A stretch of 62,049 nt of DNA, filler included, from Choristocarpus tenellus KU-1152 (Eukaryota; Protista; Phaeophyceae): the NCBI GenBank assembly GCA_964200185.2. It is 15 parts of 15 records of this genome, joined end to end, with 100 filler letters (N's around TTAATTAATTAA, not from the genome) between each part and the next. Parts side by side here need not be neighbours in the genome. Positions count along the whole stretch, not along the records: positions 13,060 to 16,190 come from CAXNAD020022101.1; positions 16,291 to 21,299 come from CAXNAD020012183.1; positions 21,400 to 26,355 come from CAXNAD020012390.1; 12 more parts are not named here. One strand, 5' to 3'. Below are positions 13,124 to 26,294 of the stretch, one piece after another. Made by a program: the position numbers and the translations under genes. The notes beneath the pieces are model-generated. The model did not search any database. It saw only the letters and a list, made by a program, of their open reading frames with translations, and was not told the origin of the DNA. Every line of letters starts with the position of its first letter. Within the stretch, counting starts at the first letter, position 1.

Positions 13124-14575
13124 ACTTGCTATTGATTTGGTAGAGTACAAAACACGTTCCCCAGCAGCAAATGGTGTGATGTGCTCGTATGTGTTGTCTG
13201 CCATTGATCACCTCAATCGTTTTGTTGTTCTTAGCCCTGTTCCAAATAAAGAGGCTGCAACAATTGCTCGTATACTAGTAGAACGCGTATTTTCAATTTT
13301 TGGTCCACTTGAGTTGTTACACTCTGATCAAGTAGCGAATTTGAAAACAGAATTGTTACAGAGTTGCAATCTATCTTCGGTTACAAGAAAACCAAAACCA
13401 TACCATATCATCCCCAAGGAAATTCTGTATTAGAGAGAGTACATGCTACGTTGCATTCTATGCTAGCAATATATATCTCTGTTGTAGAGGATAACTGGGC
13501 ATCACTACTATATCTTTCGTACAGTTAGCCCATAACACAGCATTTAGTGCAAAGTTGCATGAAACCCCGTTTTTTCTTCTGTTTGGAAGACAAGCTCGTT
13601 ACCTGTTGATATTATCCTCGGTTTGTCTAATGCTGATTCAGATGTCACGACTGAAGTGTTTACGCAGCAAACCAAAGAAAGTTTACAGCTTGCATTTGAG
13701 TTGGCCCGTCGTAATCTCCATGAACACATAAAAAATCAGGATTGTGTCAACCAACGTCTCGTGTTCCCCGTTTCGTACCTGGTGGTAAATTTCTAGTCCA
13801 TAGATCACATGAGAGTACTGATGATCCGAATCCGAAGTTACTTCACCCTTGGTGGGGCCCGTATGGAATACATTCTAAGGTGTCACCCATCGTGTGCAGG
13901 GTAGCATTACCTGGAAACCCAAGTCCATTTTCCATTCATCTGGGTAGAATGAAGCGTTACTCTCCTCAAGTCCAACCTCCCACACCAGATTTAAATGAAT
14001 TGGACTATTTGTTTCTGGGAAACAATTACCATTACCGAATGTAGACCATCAAATATCTCAACCTGTTTTTGACCCACACAATATTGATAGCATTTTGGAC
14101 ATAGACCTGGTCCTGGTCGTCGTTTGTCCACTAATGCTAACTATCGACTTTGTCCTTGTGGCTATGGACAGTCTTGTGATCTTCACAAAAGAACAGAACA
14201 AAACCCACAATGCCGTGAAATGATTGCAGCCTATCGTGCAGTAAATTCATCGGATAACCAGAGCATTCTCATCCCACACAGTGTTGACTAGAGAATTCGT
14301 GTTTACTGTTATCATACTCATCTGCATAGTATGTATATCATGCATTCCCGTAATGTTGTAACCTATCGTTTCAGTAGTAACGAGATCATTGTAGATACGT
14401 GTGGTACAGATCCTTACCATTTTTTTTTCATTTTTCCATTTCAATTTATTTTGTTTTTATTGGTGTTTGTTGTGTTTTTATGACTTGTGTTTTTATGACT
14501 TGTGTATTTTGGCTGGATCTTGTGGTACCCACATACTGTAATTATTTTTATAGGATGACCATCTAGTTTAGACAA
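13124..14575 (+). mobile_element. Ty3/Gypsy integrase core, GPY/F motif, chromodomain-like C-terminus and 3' region (frameshifted)
   Basis: Motifs AIDL..., LSAIDHL.RF, LHSDQ, YHPQGNSVLERVHATL, WWGPY and IDSI..HRPGPG…QCREMIAAYRA. 13125-13240 is near-identical to 54036-54153. Confidence 0.88.
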
Positions 14576-15414
14576 ATAGTTTGGGTGTCTTTACTGTACA
14601 AGACTAGAATCATCAATACATACATGCATGAGGACATAAGAGCTTGGCACACACTGTGCCAAGCACGCCATACACAAATAAACGCAACGGGGAACAGGGA
14701 GGAATCTCATGCATCAGGCACACCTCTGCAGCCGGCTCAGTATTGAACAATACAGCTTCCTCTGCGTAGAGGAGAGTGGTGTTCATATCCTCAACGGAGG
14801 ACTCTGGAACGAGTATCATCATTGATGTGTTGCCCCGTTGGTAGAACTGTGGGGGGTTGGTATGCAGAGGAGTGGAGAGTGGAGGTAAGGTGCAGGCAAG
14901 CCGGGACAACAGAAGAAAGTGGTGCAAATGCCTCTCAGAGATATGATGACATTAGGAGGAAGCTAAACGGTTTCCAATCTGCACAAGACCAAGGAATACG
15001 GAAAACGGCGCCATCTTTGTCTCACCCTCCGTACCTTCTGATAGTGACACATATCCAGACAAGGGGAAAGGACCCCCACCATAACAAGTGAATCAAGCGG
15101 AGGGATCACAGGGGAAAAGAAACCACAACCAAAGGTACATGGAGAAAATAACCACTGGGTGGAGAAACACCCGCAGCACGTCTTGTGTGGCTTCCACTGA
15201 AGTTTGGCATAAACGTCTTGATTTTGAGGGTAACATGAGGAGCCTGGACTTGCATACCAACCTGGAATGTTGGCGTGTCCCCCACGGAAATCCATGTTCA
15301 AACCCGAGCCTCGGATCCTTCCGAGACGTTCATCTGTTCGGCACAGAGTCGAGCGGGGAGAAGGGTGGAATAACATGGGGAAGGGATAGGGGAAGGGCAA
15401 ACGGACTGTCGGTA

Positions 15415-16052
15415 CTATGGAAGATGTCGATTCCGAGGTGAAGTTGTCCGAAAATCCGATCGTTCACATAGAATGGCCGTATGCATTAACTCTGAAGCAG
15501 TCGAACAGAAGGACTCAGGTACCTTGGCATAGATGGTGTCAGAGCCCGCACTGAATGCCATCTTCGCTGCTGTCTCGAAGGCTACATCATATGCAGTGTT
15601 CTCCTCCCCTTGAGCTACACACAACGAAGGTCGTACATTGCATATGTGAGAGTGAGGCAATAGATCCCCGTCCACCAGAAAGAAAACAAAGAGTGGGGAC
15701 GAGGTGCGCCAAAAAGACATGTCAAGATCTCGACGAAAATTTGTACACAGTGCTTTGGTCCCGTGGCAAAGATTGACCAAGAGATACATACTACGGGCAG
15801 GTTTAACTCAACACATCGCGAATCCATCATCCAGTCACGCACAAACACCTTTCCGGGGGGACGTGGATTACCTGCAGTTGTGCGCATGACCACGAGCGTC
15901 GGGTGGCGCACGCATGCAGAGGTGAGATTCGCCCTTGTAATGGTCTCCTCCTCCCCATTGTTTGACGGGGATAAATGGTGTTCCCCGTTGCAATCGACCA
16001 GTACGGACAAAAGGACTAGCCCCAACAACCCAACAAACCATGTTACCTTCAT
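15415..16052 (-). pseudogene. Unknown protein with a signal-peptide-like N-terminus, apparently frameshifted or spliced
   Basis: MKVTWFVGLLGLVLLSVLVDC has a hydrophobic N-terminus, and an overlapping downstream ORF spans 15415-15789. No family recognised. Confidence 0.3.
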
Positions 16053-16586
16053 TGTCTTCCTTGCACTGAAGCAGACAGGAGAAACAACGCGGCAGACTGT
16101 CTTTACGCCAAAGCGGGGGTGATATATGAAGATGTCTTACTGTGCTTTGTGGGCAGAGCAGGAAATTGACTTTAGAGTAGTGTGTATGTGNNNNNNNNNN
16201 NNNNNNNNNNNNNNNNNNNNNNNNNNNNNNNNNNTTAATTAATTAANNNNNNNNNNNNNNNNNNNNNNNNNNNNNNNNNNNNNNNNNNNNGTAACCCTAA
16301 TTACTACCAAAACGATGTTGTACCACATCAATTCTGTACAGCTTTTTTCGGGCATGCCGATGGGTGCACAAAATCGGGGTAGGTACTGTATTCTAAATGG
16401 AATTATTCTGTATATATGTTTTTCCCTTCAAGTTCACATGTTTGTTTATGTTGGTTGTTACAATGCGCATCAAACAACCTCTCAACCACAAACATTGCTG
16501 TCTAACACAATGGTCTTCATGGTCGCCTCCGTTACCCTACCCCAATTAACACAAAAAAACGTGGTGCTCTAAAGGAAGGCAGTCAG

Positions 16587-17376
16587 GTCCCCGTGTCGTC
16601 CCCCTTCAGGGTATCCTCGACCCTGACTTCGCACACCTTCGTCGCAATAACCTCGACGATACGTACACCATCCTGCCTGGTCAATACCAGTGATTCAATG
16701 CGGAATCCAATAGGCAATCCCGCGGCGGGATACCTGTTCGCTTCTCAAGACAACGTGGAGACACATTCAATGCCAAGTTTGGACGAGGCACCACTTCCAT
16801 CCTATCGGGAGTGGGGATGCTATCTTCTGGAGGGAGGTTCATGACGTTGACATAGACGATTCTGGGGCATGGCTTTACTCTGTGTGTTACCAAGGTGAGC
16901 ATGGCGAGACCTCCTTGCCACCTGGGCTGAGTTCGTTCATGGCAGAGGACGAGATCGAGGAGGGGGTCGAACAACTACTGGAGAAGGAGAAGAGAGACAG
17001 CGATAAATCTGCAACCCAGGGTGCCAACCAACGCCGCCAGAATGACTAACCGGGTGAACCGTAGAGAGGAGGAGAAGGATACCGAGGGATCTATCCTACT
17101 GGAACCGTCACTGAGGGTTGTGCCGGATTTGGACGGGGAAGGGACACTTTATTCAAGAGCCAAGGGCAGGGGGCTGTACTTTCGATGGGACGATCAGTGG
17201 ATGTAAGGGACTGTCATCAAATACCAGTCCCGACACACGGTGCGAGTGTGAGAGGAGCGAGTGAGCTACCCCTATTAGGTGAAATGGTAGAATGGCGAGG
17301 TGCGAAATATCCAGCTTCTTGAACAACGATATAGTTCGGAGCAAGACACTGAGCCGAGGTCCTGGTTTTGGGCGAC
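16587..17376 (+). pseudogene. Decayed paralogue of the 33958-34783 exon (Tudor-like C-terminus), cut at 17377 by LTR-like sequence
   Basis: Colinear with 33958-34760, with third-position changes (PRVVPLQ, ILPGQYQ, LLEP.LR.VPDLD, LYFRWDDQ). Contains several stops and frameshifts. Confidence 0.8.
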
Positions 17377-17960
17377 TGTTACAGGCAATATTTTTCTTGA
17401 TAACGTTTAATAAATACTATTATACCCTTGAAGTCCTAGATTTTATATATACTTGTACTTCTTGAATATTTATGTGTTAATTTGTTAATATCATGCCCCC
17501 AGGTGGTACATCGTTTGCCAATTCCTTTTATACGATGAAAATGTATACTTACGAAGGGAATAACCCAAGTGAGAGATCCACCATACTTGACGACTTGTGC
17601 ATGAGGAGTCCTGTAAGAGCATCAGCGTCATCTGTAGGCTTGTGGACTGGAGATATACATCCTGCGGAGGTCAAGGTTTGGAACATTCTGCAACATGGAG
17701 GTCCTACCGAGAAAATAGGATAAGTATTTCTTCTCGCACCCTTGTAAGAGCAATCATTATGCACGCATATGGGGAACCCTTAAGGGGGAACTCCGATTTG
17801 CAAAAAGCTGCAGAAGTAAGATCCGTAATCTGGGTGTGTATGCAACGATTTGCAGATGTATTTTAACGCCTGCAAATAAAGATAATTGGTGAAGGATGTA
17901 AACAAAAAGGGTACTTCGTCGCCACACGATTAATTTTTGAAATGGATAATATCTGACACC
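17377..17960 (+). mobile_element. LTR-like segment (TGTTACAGGC…CAACA, 17377-17695), tRNA-Gln PBS (17696-17712), then a second LTR-like segment
   Basis: CA is followed by TGGAGGTCCTACCGAGA, complementary to the tRNA-Gln 3' end plus CCA. ~17720-17880 resembles 49875-50060. Confidence 0.65.
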
Positions 17961-18787
17961 ACTTAGTGGCTATCGATTGAGAAAAGTACCTGCTTTTCAT
18001 TCATTACATTCAGTGGTACATACATGTCGTATATTTTCTATATACTTGTGCCACTACACCTTCATCTATTGTCCTGATTACTATCGACGCTTAGAATCTA
18101 TATCTCGGTCAATTATTTTCTTTCAACTACTCATATACCCTATGGTGCATTTAGAAGATATATCAGTAGAATTATATTACCAGAATTTAGAATTTGCTTC
18201 TGTGTGTTAAAAAGAGCAGGTGTTCTTACATCTCAATGCAATGAATTTGTCACATCCTCTTATAATGGGATCTTTTATATGCAGCGGTCCTTGTGCGCTA
18301 TATACGGACACAATCAACAACGATCATTGTCTCTCCCGGATATCGCACTTTAGGACATCGATATGACGTTCTGCACTTCATAACGAACACAATTATATTC
18401 CTCTGGCATACAAACGCGAATATACCTGCAAGCAGCTCATCCCATCGCATCCCCTAATACGTATAACACAAAAGTATTCTCCCTTCACGCCCTCAGATGT
18501 TGATGAGGGACCCGGGTCATTGACAAACAGATATTGCTTCCGCTAAATTTCAGACTAGAAATGACATTGCCACAAACACATACAAATGAGAGAGGCTGCT
18601 CTCTACTAGGGTGGAATAAAAGAAACGCAAAAAAACACAAACCACATTTCTTCTAAGTAAGTCCCTGTAATTGAAAGTCTAAACTGTCCTACTTACGCCT
18701 CCTATGTTGAAAAAATCTTGCCTGAAGCCGAATGCCCAAGATACTCATCTCTGAATCTTGACGCTCCCCTCATCTACGTCGACATTA

Positions 18788-19046
18788 GAGTGAAAGTATC
18801 CTAGAGGGTACGAGTTTTTCCCTGTTTGTCCATTTAGGGTTTGGCTTCCCAAGGGTTTTTAGTGATATTTTACCAACTCCAAAATGTTTCGGAATATGTA
18901 AAATGTATACGTTATGAAAAGGAGTGTCTGGAACGAGGATACTGACATCTCCTAACAAACATGATAACCAAAATTACATCAAAATTGCAACATTGGATTT
19001 TTTTCCCCAAATGGACACGGCTCTACCCTCTAAGGTACTTTGACTC
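18788..19046. mobile_element. MITE family A, complete (259 bp), TSD ATTA
   Basis: atta-GAGTGAAAGTATCCTAGAGGGTA…TACCCTCTAAGGTACTTTGACTC-atta. Confidence 0.92.
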
Positions 19047-19099
19047 ATTATACCCCCCCCTCTCTAACCTTCACCCATTCAATTGTTTTTTATATATCG

Positions 19100-19290
19100 T
19101 GTGATTCTGTGGCAGCATGGTTCCCTCAGTCAAAGGGTGGCGAAGAGAATCACCAGGCAAGATGGACTAGATGAATGAAAACGAACTGTAACCGAGAAGA
19201 CGAGGTTACGGCTACACAAGTGCAAGACTGAAAGGATTTGCAGGAAAAAGTGAGGAACTGAGGAAGTGGGGAGGATCACGATTCGAATGG
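19100..19290 (+). repeat. Unclassified interspersed repeat; second copy on the minus strand at ~27560-27735
   Basis: Shared tgattctgtg.c.gcatggtt…agggtgg.gaagagaatcac…aaccgaga.ga.gaggt…caagtgcaa. Confidence 0.65.
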
Positions 19291-20636
19291 GTTTCGGAAA
19301 AGAAACCCTTCAGTGATAGGAGATCCGTCTTGAGAGAACCGTCCTCATAAAGAGACGTTACAAGAAAGACACAGAAATCTATCAATCCGAATATCCTCCG
19401 CACAGTCGAACCGAAGTTCTCAGAACACAACCTCAATCGGTATAACGGTGTATGACATACGGCAATAACGGTATAACAACAGACAAACATGCTTTCTACA
19501 TCACCCCCCCTTTTAATCGGCTCTGGAGCCATGTAGACGTGATTCAATGTCAACCAAGAAGTGATCTCTGGGATCAAAAGGGAAACATGTATGACTGTTA
19601 GTATACTACTGCGCCATTGTATTACACGACTCCATTAATACATAATGGAGTGTAACATACAAGCGAGGCGCTTGATGAATATTTCATCAGGATAACATTA
19701 GCCTAAGGTTGATGGCATGTGGTCAGCATACCAATCAAGTTTGTGAGGTCTGAGAGTATGGGATCAGCATGTCAATCAGCCTGACAACGAGGCGAGGTAT
19801 ATGGGGCTAGCATATAGATCTCTATTACCTTGTATAAAACAGAGGATACACTCAGAGTAGGGAAACGAGGAGCAGACGCTATTCGATGTCAATAAACAAT
19901 TTTACTAACATCTGTGATTCAACCTTGCTATACGAGTGCTATACGATTATTTGATTACCACTCCAATACATGAAAACAACATTGAGTGTTACACGATCAA
20001 TATCAACACAGCAAACAACGAGGTCAAATGTATGCACCCATTCTCCTTCCCCAATTCTGACATCGATTGGAATATTGCTCACGACGACTACAATATTTCA
20101 AGTGGACAAATTCGGACGTTCGATGTTGGTGGCTCAACTCTCCTAAAACGATACGAGGTAACTGTACGGTCATTACATCATGTTGGGGGGATCATGCCAC
20201 TAAAAATTACAAAAACATTTGTAACTCACGTGAAGTCTCCATCTCTTACCTAGTGGTAGACTTGAATCTTCATTTTTGTTTTTTAATGGGATTAGTCATT
20301 TCAGGATGATCAATAAATCCTTTTCGTGAAAACATGACAAAATGCAATGAACAGCCACCTCTAGCACTCGAGTGCTAATGTGCCCAGTGATATGGTCTCT
20401 TCACCACCTCATGTGTACACTCATGCAAACGAGGAGAGTTGAGAGATCAAACTAATTGCATTAATTAAGTTGTCAATCCACCAACGTATATGTATAGTCC
20501 ATTTTGCAAGGATTGATAAACCTGGTAAACACGAGATGCCAAGGTAGAGCTGTCAATTGACATCTGTTGCCAGTTATCTCATCTCTTCACAAAACGATAG
20601 AATATACGCATCTATGACAAAATGATACACAGCGGT

Positions 20637-21110
20637 ATGTCTGAACTAGATGGACAACCTATATAAAGGGTTATGGTATGTGGGTACCACAAGATCTGGT
20701 CAAGACACACTAGTCTTAAATAAACAAACATATGGCAAGGATCTGTACCGCATATGTATAAAATGTTAACTTCACTGAAACACGATAGGTTACAATATTA
20801 CGACTATGCATTATATACAGAGACTATGCAAAGAATTATGGTAACAGTAAATTACGAATTCTCAAGTCAACACTGTGTGGGCCTAGAATTTTACTGATTA
20901 TCCAATCCATTTACTGCACGATAAGCTGCAATCATTTCACGGCATTGTGGGATCTGCTCTATTCTTTTGTGAAAACACAGAAGACGGTCCATAGCCACAA
21001 AGCCAAAGGCGATAGATAACATTAGTGGACGAACGACAACCAGGACCAGGTCTATATCCAACAATGCTATCAATAGTATATTGGCCAATAGCAGGTTGAG
21101 CAAAAACAAA
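20637..21110 (-). mobile_element. Second copy of the Gypsy chromodomain-like end and 3' region
   Basis: The reverse complement aligns with ~14060-14575 (EQIPQCREMIAAYRAVN; cacacagtgttgac; gatcttgtggtacccacatac). Confidence 0.85.
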
Positions 21111-21827
21111 TCTATCGGACAGTTACGGTGAAATATGTATGGAGTAATGGAACAATCAATTAGTGGTTGAGTTATCAGAAACCTTTACTAGTGATTAGTT
21201 GAATGATAATTTTTCTCATATAAAAGGAAATATTTCTGATTTTATGGGGCCTTGCATGCCCCACCTAAATATAATCAATCACTCTACGGACACTAAGCAN
21301 NNNNNNNNNNNNNNNNNNNNNNNNNNNNNNNNNNNNNNNNNNNTTAATTAATTAANNNNNNNNNNNNNNNNNNNNNNNNNNNNNNNNNNNNNNNNNNNNT
21401 CCCATCTACTTTCTCCTGTGTCTCGGGGGGGAGGGGGCTATTTGTTGTTGGTTGGGTGTGAAGTGAAGATCAGTCTTTAAGTAGACGTCTGTTTGAGAGT
21501 ATCCTGTTTCTTACGCCTTGTATGCCGTGACCACGCTGCGATGATGACAGGACAGAACAGGAGAGTGCAACCATTTTTGAAAAGAGTAGATTGTGTGAGA
21601 GTGTCGTGATGAAGGTTATCGGATGTTGATTGATGACACAAGAGGGGGTATAGACTTTTTCTTTAGCGCAGAGTTAGTACCCTCTGGTTATTATTTTTTA
21701 CTAAGAAACATAGACGACTTTGATGAAGAGGGGGCAAATAATATCCGTGAAATCTTTATAAATTTTATGTTGTGAAGTGTGTGTGCATCTTGGTTGTGCG
21801 CTTGAATCATTTTCTAATCGGCCTGTC

Positions 21828-21865
21828 TTAGGGTTAGGGGTTAGGGGTTAGGGTTAGGGTTAGGG
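21828..21865 (+). repeat. Interstitial telomere-like (TTAGGG)n tract, ~6 units
   Basis: ttagggttaggggttaggggttagggttagggttaggg. Confidence 0.8.
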
Positions 21866-23939
21866 TTTTTCGTCCTGATCCTCTTTTATCAAACGTATGT
21901 TAACTGTCCTCCTCTGTGTAGAGGGTCGATAGATAACCTTTTTTGTGAAATTGAATCCGTTGAGGGTTGGAGCTTGTGTTTTTTTGACATGAGGTTGGTT
22001 CCTTTTTGATATACGGGCAGGGTCGTCTACGACCTCACTTGTTATAGACAGCTGCTTATTGGCAACTATGGAACTCGTGCGTCTTGGTAGTGGTGACGAT
22101 GATAGCTCCTCCCTCAAGCTGTCCTCACCTTGAGAGTTGCGTACTGGTCTCACTGTGAGTTTCCAGTCTCACTTGCTCACCCTTGTTAGTTGAGTAAGAG
22201 GGAGGAAGTGCACCCAGGACAGTCCTATTAAGGCTCCTTACAAAGAATGGATAATGATAATCCTAGTGAGGTGCATTCGCTGTTATTATCGTCTTTGTCC
22301 ATGTGGGCGGGGGGGGTCTCCGGATCTCCTCCGAGGCCTCTTGAACAACTCTGCTCTGATTTGACATCCTTGTTTTGATTCTTCGCTGGACCAAATTTAA
22401 TTGTGTGTGTACAACTAATGTGTGTGTGTGTGTGTGTGTGTGAAGTCCTCAACCACATGTATGTGTTTCCAATTAATTTTTGACTGTCTTGATGTTGTGA
22501 GATAATTAACACTGGCTTTATGTTGTACTCGGAAGGAGTTTCCTTCTTGCATTTCCCCTTCCTGTAGCAGCGGAGTAGCTTGTGTCCTCTACCCTTTTAT
22601 GATATATTTATATATATATATTATTTTGTGTGCGGAGTTTGTTAGCCCAGAGGGCATGCTTCAGAGATGGTTGGAAGGGCGCCTTTCTGGTGTGGTCTCT
22701 TCTTAGCCCCTTTATAATCCATGCTGTTTAAGTGGTGCACATATATATATATATATTGATATGTCTGTACATATTTTATTGCTGTTGCTTGATGAGTTAT
22801 CTGTCCACATACTGTGAATAAGAACTGTCCTACAATGTACTGAAATATTTTTATACTCAGCTGGATATATATATGTATATATAATATACTTGGAGTGTGT
22901 ATCTATATTTTTAATTCTGTATTTGCTTCCCAATCCATCTTGAATTTTTAGGGGGTCTATAGCACTTTAATAGCACAGTATACACTTTTTTTATAGGGTT
23001 TTGGTTGCACTTGGGAGAACTGTCCTCACCTAAGTGTATACCTTAACCCTACTGTGGCAAATCTACTACCTGACTGGTAGTAATCAAAGAGACATTGGAT
23101 AACCATGCATGCCATAGGAGTTCCATAACATTGGTATGGCGACCATGGATAGGTGCATTGACCCTATGACTATCGTACCTCCCAGGTAGTCTTCTAGTAC
23201 AAAGACTACATTGTCTGGTTGTTCTAATATCATAATGTACGGAGGTGGTGTGCACTTACTGTATATCCGTACCATCCAGTGGCGGTGCACTTGTGTTGAA
23301 ATACCAAAAACACACACACGCACACACAGGTACACGTGGTTCTGTCTTGAGAGGTAATAAATTGAAAGTCACTGCTAAGGTAACTAGAGCAGTAGTGCTG
23401 CTGCTGTATGAGTTTTTTGTTTTGTTTGTTTGTTGTATTGATAGTAGTAGGTGAATCTTGGATCTTAACGGTGGCCCTTGTACTACTTCCTGTCTGTGCT
23501 ATTGAAATAAGCACTACGTGAAAGACGTAGATGGCACATGCGTGTCAAATATGCATGTTATGTTTGTTTTGGAGTGAAATAAATAGTAAAATTATATATA
23601 TATATTACCTCCTTTGCTCTTCCGTTGCTGTGTTTAGTGCCGTCCCTATATGTTACTGTGCACTAGGATAGTTTGTAACCCCTATCATTGCTGTGTGCCA
23701 CTGTGGAAGGATGATGCTGTCATCCATGTTGACCTGGAGGGAAATTGGCACACAGTCTTAACCTTTCCATCATAAATGGGATTCCAAACTTAGACACACA
23801 CACATACTACTGCACCGTCAAATAGAGACGATAGCCATAGTCGTCCTGTAACTGCTTTCTTGTACATTTTAGTGGAACGGAACCGTACCGTCAAGAATCA
23901 CGCTACAACTATTTATCACTGTGGTCAAGTTTACTTGGT

Positions 23940-24070
23940 GGCTCAAAGTATCTGGGGGGGGGGGGGGGGGGGGGTGTCCATTTGTGCCGTATAGATGCTT
24001 TGCTTGTTGTCCAGTATGTGTGGGGGGGGGGGTGGGCTTGGCTGTCCATTTCTGGCCAATTTTTGTTTCA
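23940..24070. mobile_element. Fragmentary MITE family B ends
   Basis: GGCTCAAAGTATCT-polyG-TGTCCATTT, then polyG-GGCTGTCCATTT. Confidence 0.7.
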
Positions 24071-24506
24071 ATGTATCACCAAGCTCGAAGTATATGTTGT
24101 ATTTCCAAATAAGCAGTTAGACAACCCTCCATGGTGAGCAACTGCCCATGCGGTAAAATCGGAATGGTGTTGACCCCTTGAAATTCCGAACAGAGGAGGT
24201 GTACTTTGATTGACAACAACGCTAAAAGTGTGCCGTTGTTGTTGGCATACTTTGGGTGCGGTTGTTAATCCTGGCTCTTGTGGTTAAGGTGATTTAAAGA
24301 GCTGATTGTGTGCCTTCCACCCCCCTTTTTTTTGTTCAGGTGTTTGTGGCGATATGATATTTATTCTTAATTGTCAAATGGATCGACTGCGCTATGAATG
24401 GGTACTTGTTTTAGCACTTCATGGGTTATAACCGAAAAATGTGGCGTAATATTTTGAGATTTGGTTTGCTTACTTGTGTATGTTTTATGTTTTATGTTTC
24501 TGTTAG

Positions 24507-24849
24507 GAACGAGAGGATGGGACAGCTTCAGCACAATGGGGAAGTGCTGTCAGGGAATATGAAGGCGCAGGCAGAGAGGCATGCGGCAGAGCTGTCCAGC
24601 CTTAGAGAACAGGTGGGTGCAGTCGGAATCGGAGGGTTAGAGTTGGTAGGGTTGTTGGGGGGGAGGGAACTTCCAAAAATTTTGGCAGGAGGAAAGAGAG
24701 GAAATAAAAGTTTTAGGGAACAGCGATGGGAAGCGGTTTTAAATCCTAAAGGTTTTACGCTGTACTATATTCAGATCTATTGCCTGGGTACTCTACTGGT
24801 GGACGCTGATGGGCACCTGAGTACTCCAGTTCTTCTGAAGAAAGTGCAG

Positions 24850-24904
<55 letters not shown>

Positions 24905-25328
24905 TCCAAGATAATCAGATTCAAACAATCCATGAAGCAACCAAGCGATACGCACAAGCACAAACGTCACCTCCCTGCTGCGGTGCTCCGTGTCCATCCT
25001 GTTCATTGACGAAATCCAGGTATCATTGCTCCAGCAGGAGTCACAGCACCAGAAGGACCTGGCTGTTAGGAGGGGCATGGCTGCAGCGTTGCCATATGCT
25101 CCGCATCATGAGCGCAGAGCGATCCGAGGGGGGGGGGCGGACCACCAAGTCCATGAGGTGGGAAGTTAGAAAGGGTATTAAGGGTTAGGGTGTTGAGAGG
25201 ATGGGGAGGGTTGTTTGTTGTGCTGGATCGAATGAGTAATGCTTCTGCTTCCGATGCGAGGTGGAATTGTTGGGGCGTTGAAAGAAAAAGTGGGTTGAGG
25301 TGATTGAAAGAGTTGAAGGTTTACCCAC

Positions 25329-25361
<33 letters not shown>

Positions 25362-26112
25362 TACTCCAGGGATCTGTAGAGGGGTATGCTGTGTGTGTTG
25401 GCCGCCTGTTGCAGTTGGATGCTCGACCAGTCGGGTGTGTAGTGATGTTACTGTCGATTTAGTCTCGTAGGTGGTTGACTGGCTCTATTGGTGTGCGTTT
25501 TGGTGTGTTACATGTACGCAAGTGTGAACTGGTTTGCTCACTCAAAAGAAAACTCTCTAGTGCTAAGAGGATCAAAGATAAAAAAAATTCCTGGTATATC
25601 ACAATGAAAGGAGATAGCCAAATTTGAGAGAAGGTAGTGAGCTTGCAGAGCTAACGGACCATCCTATTGGTTGGATGTGGCAAGAAGGCTGTTGGTGTAG
25701 TTGTTGCCTTTTGCACCATGGCCTCATGTAACCTTCAATTTGTCATTATTTTTTTTGTCAATATTACTGCTTATTATCTTTGTCATTTTGAAGCCTTACA
25801 ATATCTAATACCAAGGTTTTTCTCTTGCATCAGGTGAAGACCTTGCGAGGTGGTGGGGGGCGTCCTTCACACTCCCCTGATGAGGCGCAGCCTTGGGGGG
25901 GTGTTGGTCTCTTGCTCGAGGTCAAGAGCCCCGCCCGCTCGGGTGCAATGAATGTTCCTGTGGGGATGGGCAGCACGGATGGGAGTGGGAGTGGGGTTGC
26001 ACCTGGGGCTGGGGCTGACGGTATTAGTACTCCAGTTGGGGGAAGTCCCACTACTCATGGGCAGAGGCAAAGTTTTCTTGGCCGCCTGGCCATGTTTTCT
26101 GCAAGGAAATGA
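24507..26112 (+). CDS. Last three exons (24507-24612, 25020-25157, 25834-26112) of an unknown protein with a coiled-coil-like segment and a low-complexity tail
   Basis: AG/GT boundaries with consistent phase: ..ERHAAELSSLREQ|VSLLQQESQHQKDLAV..HQVHE|VKTLRG..FLGRLAMFSARK*. Confidence 0.65.
24855..24903. repeat. (GT)n microsatellite (others at ~22418, ~25330, ~29061)
   Basis: Read directly from the sequence. Confidence 0.9.
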
Positions 26113-26250
26113 TTTGATGTCACTGCTATTTTGTTGCTTGATCGATTCGTCTGACTCTCCCGATGAAGAGGAAGATGTGATGTGGTTTGGTACTGAATGA
26201 AAATGGTGTTTTAAGATATGCTCTGAGAGTGATGTGGGGCAAGTGAGGAA

Positions 26251-26294
<44 letters not shown>

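Noticed and set aside
19936-20253. Possible Copia protease-region fragment
   Set aside because: Too degenerate, with no DSG-type motif visible.
24421-25188. 255-aa ORF as a single gene
   Set aside because: It runs through an intron and a (GT)n tract. Only 24507-24612 is in the likely coding frame.
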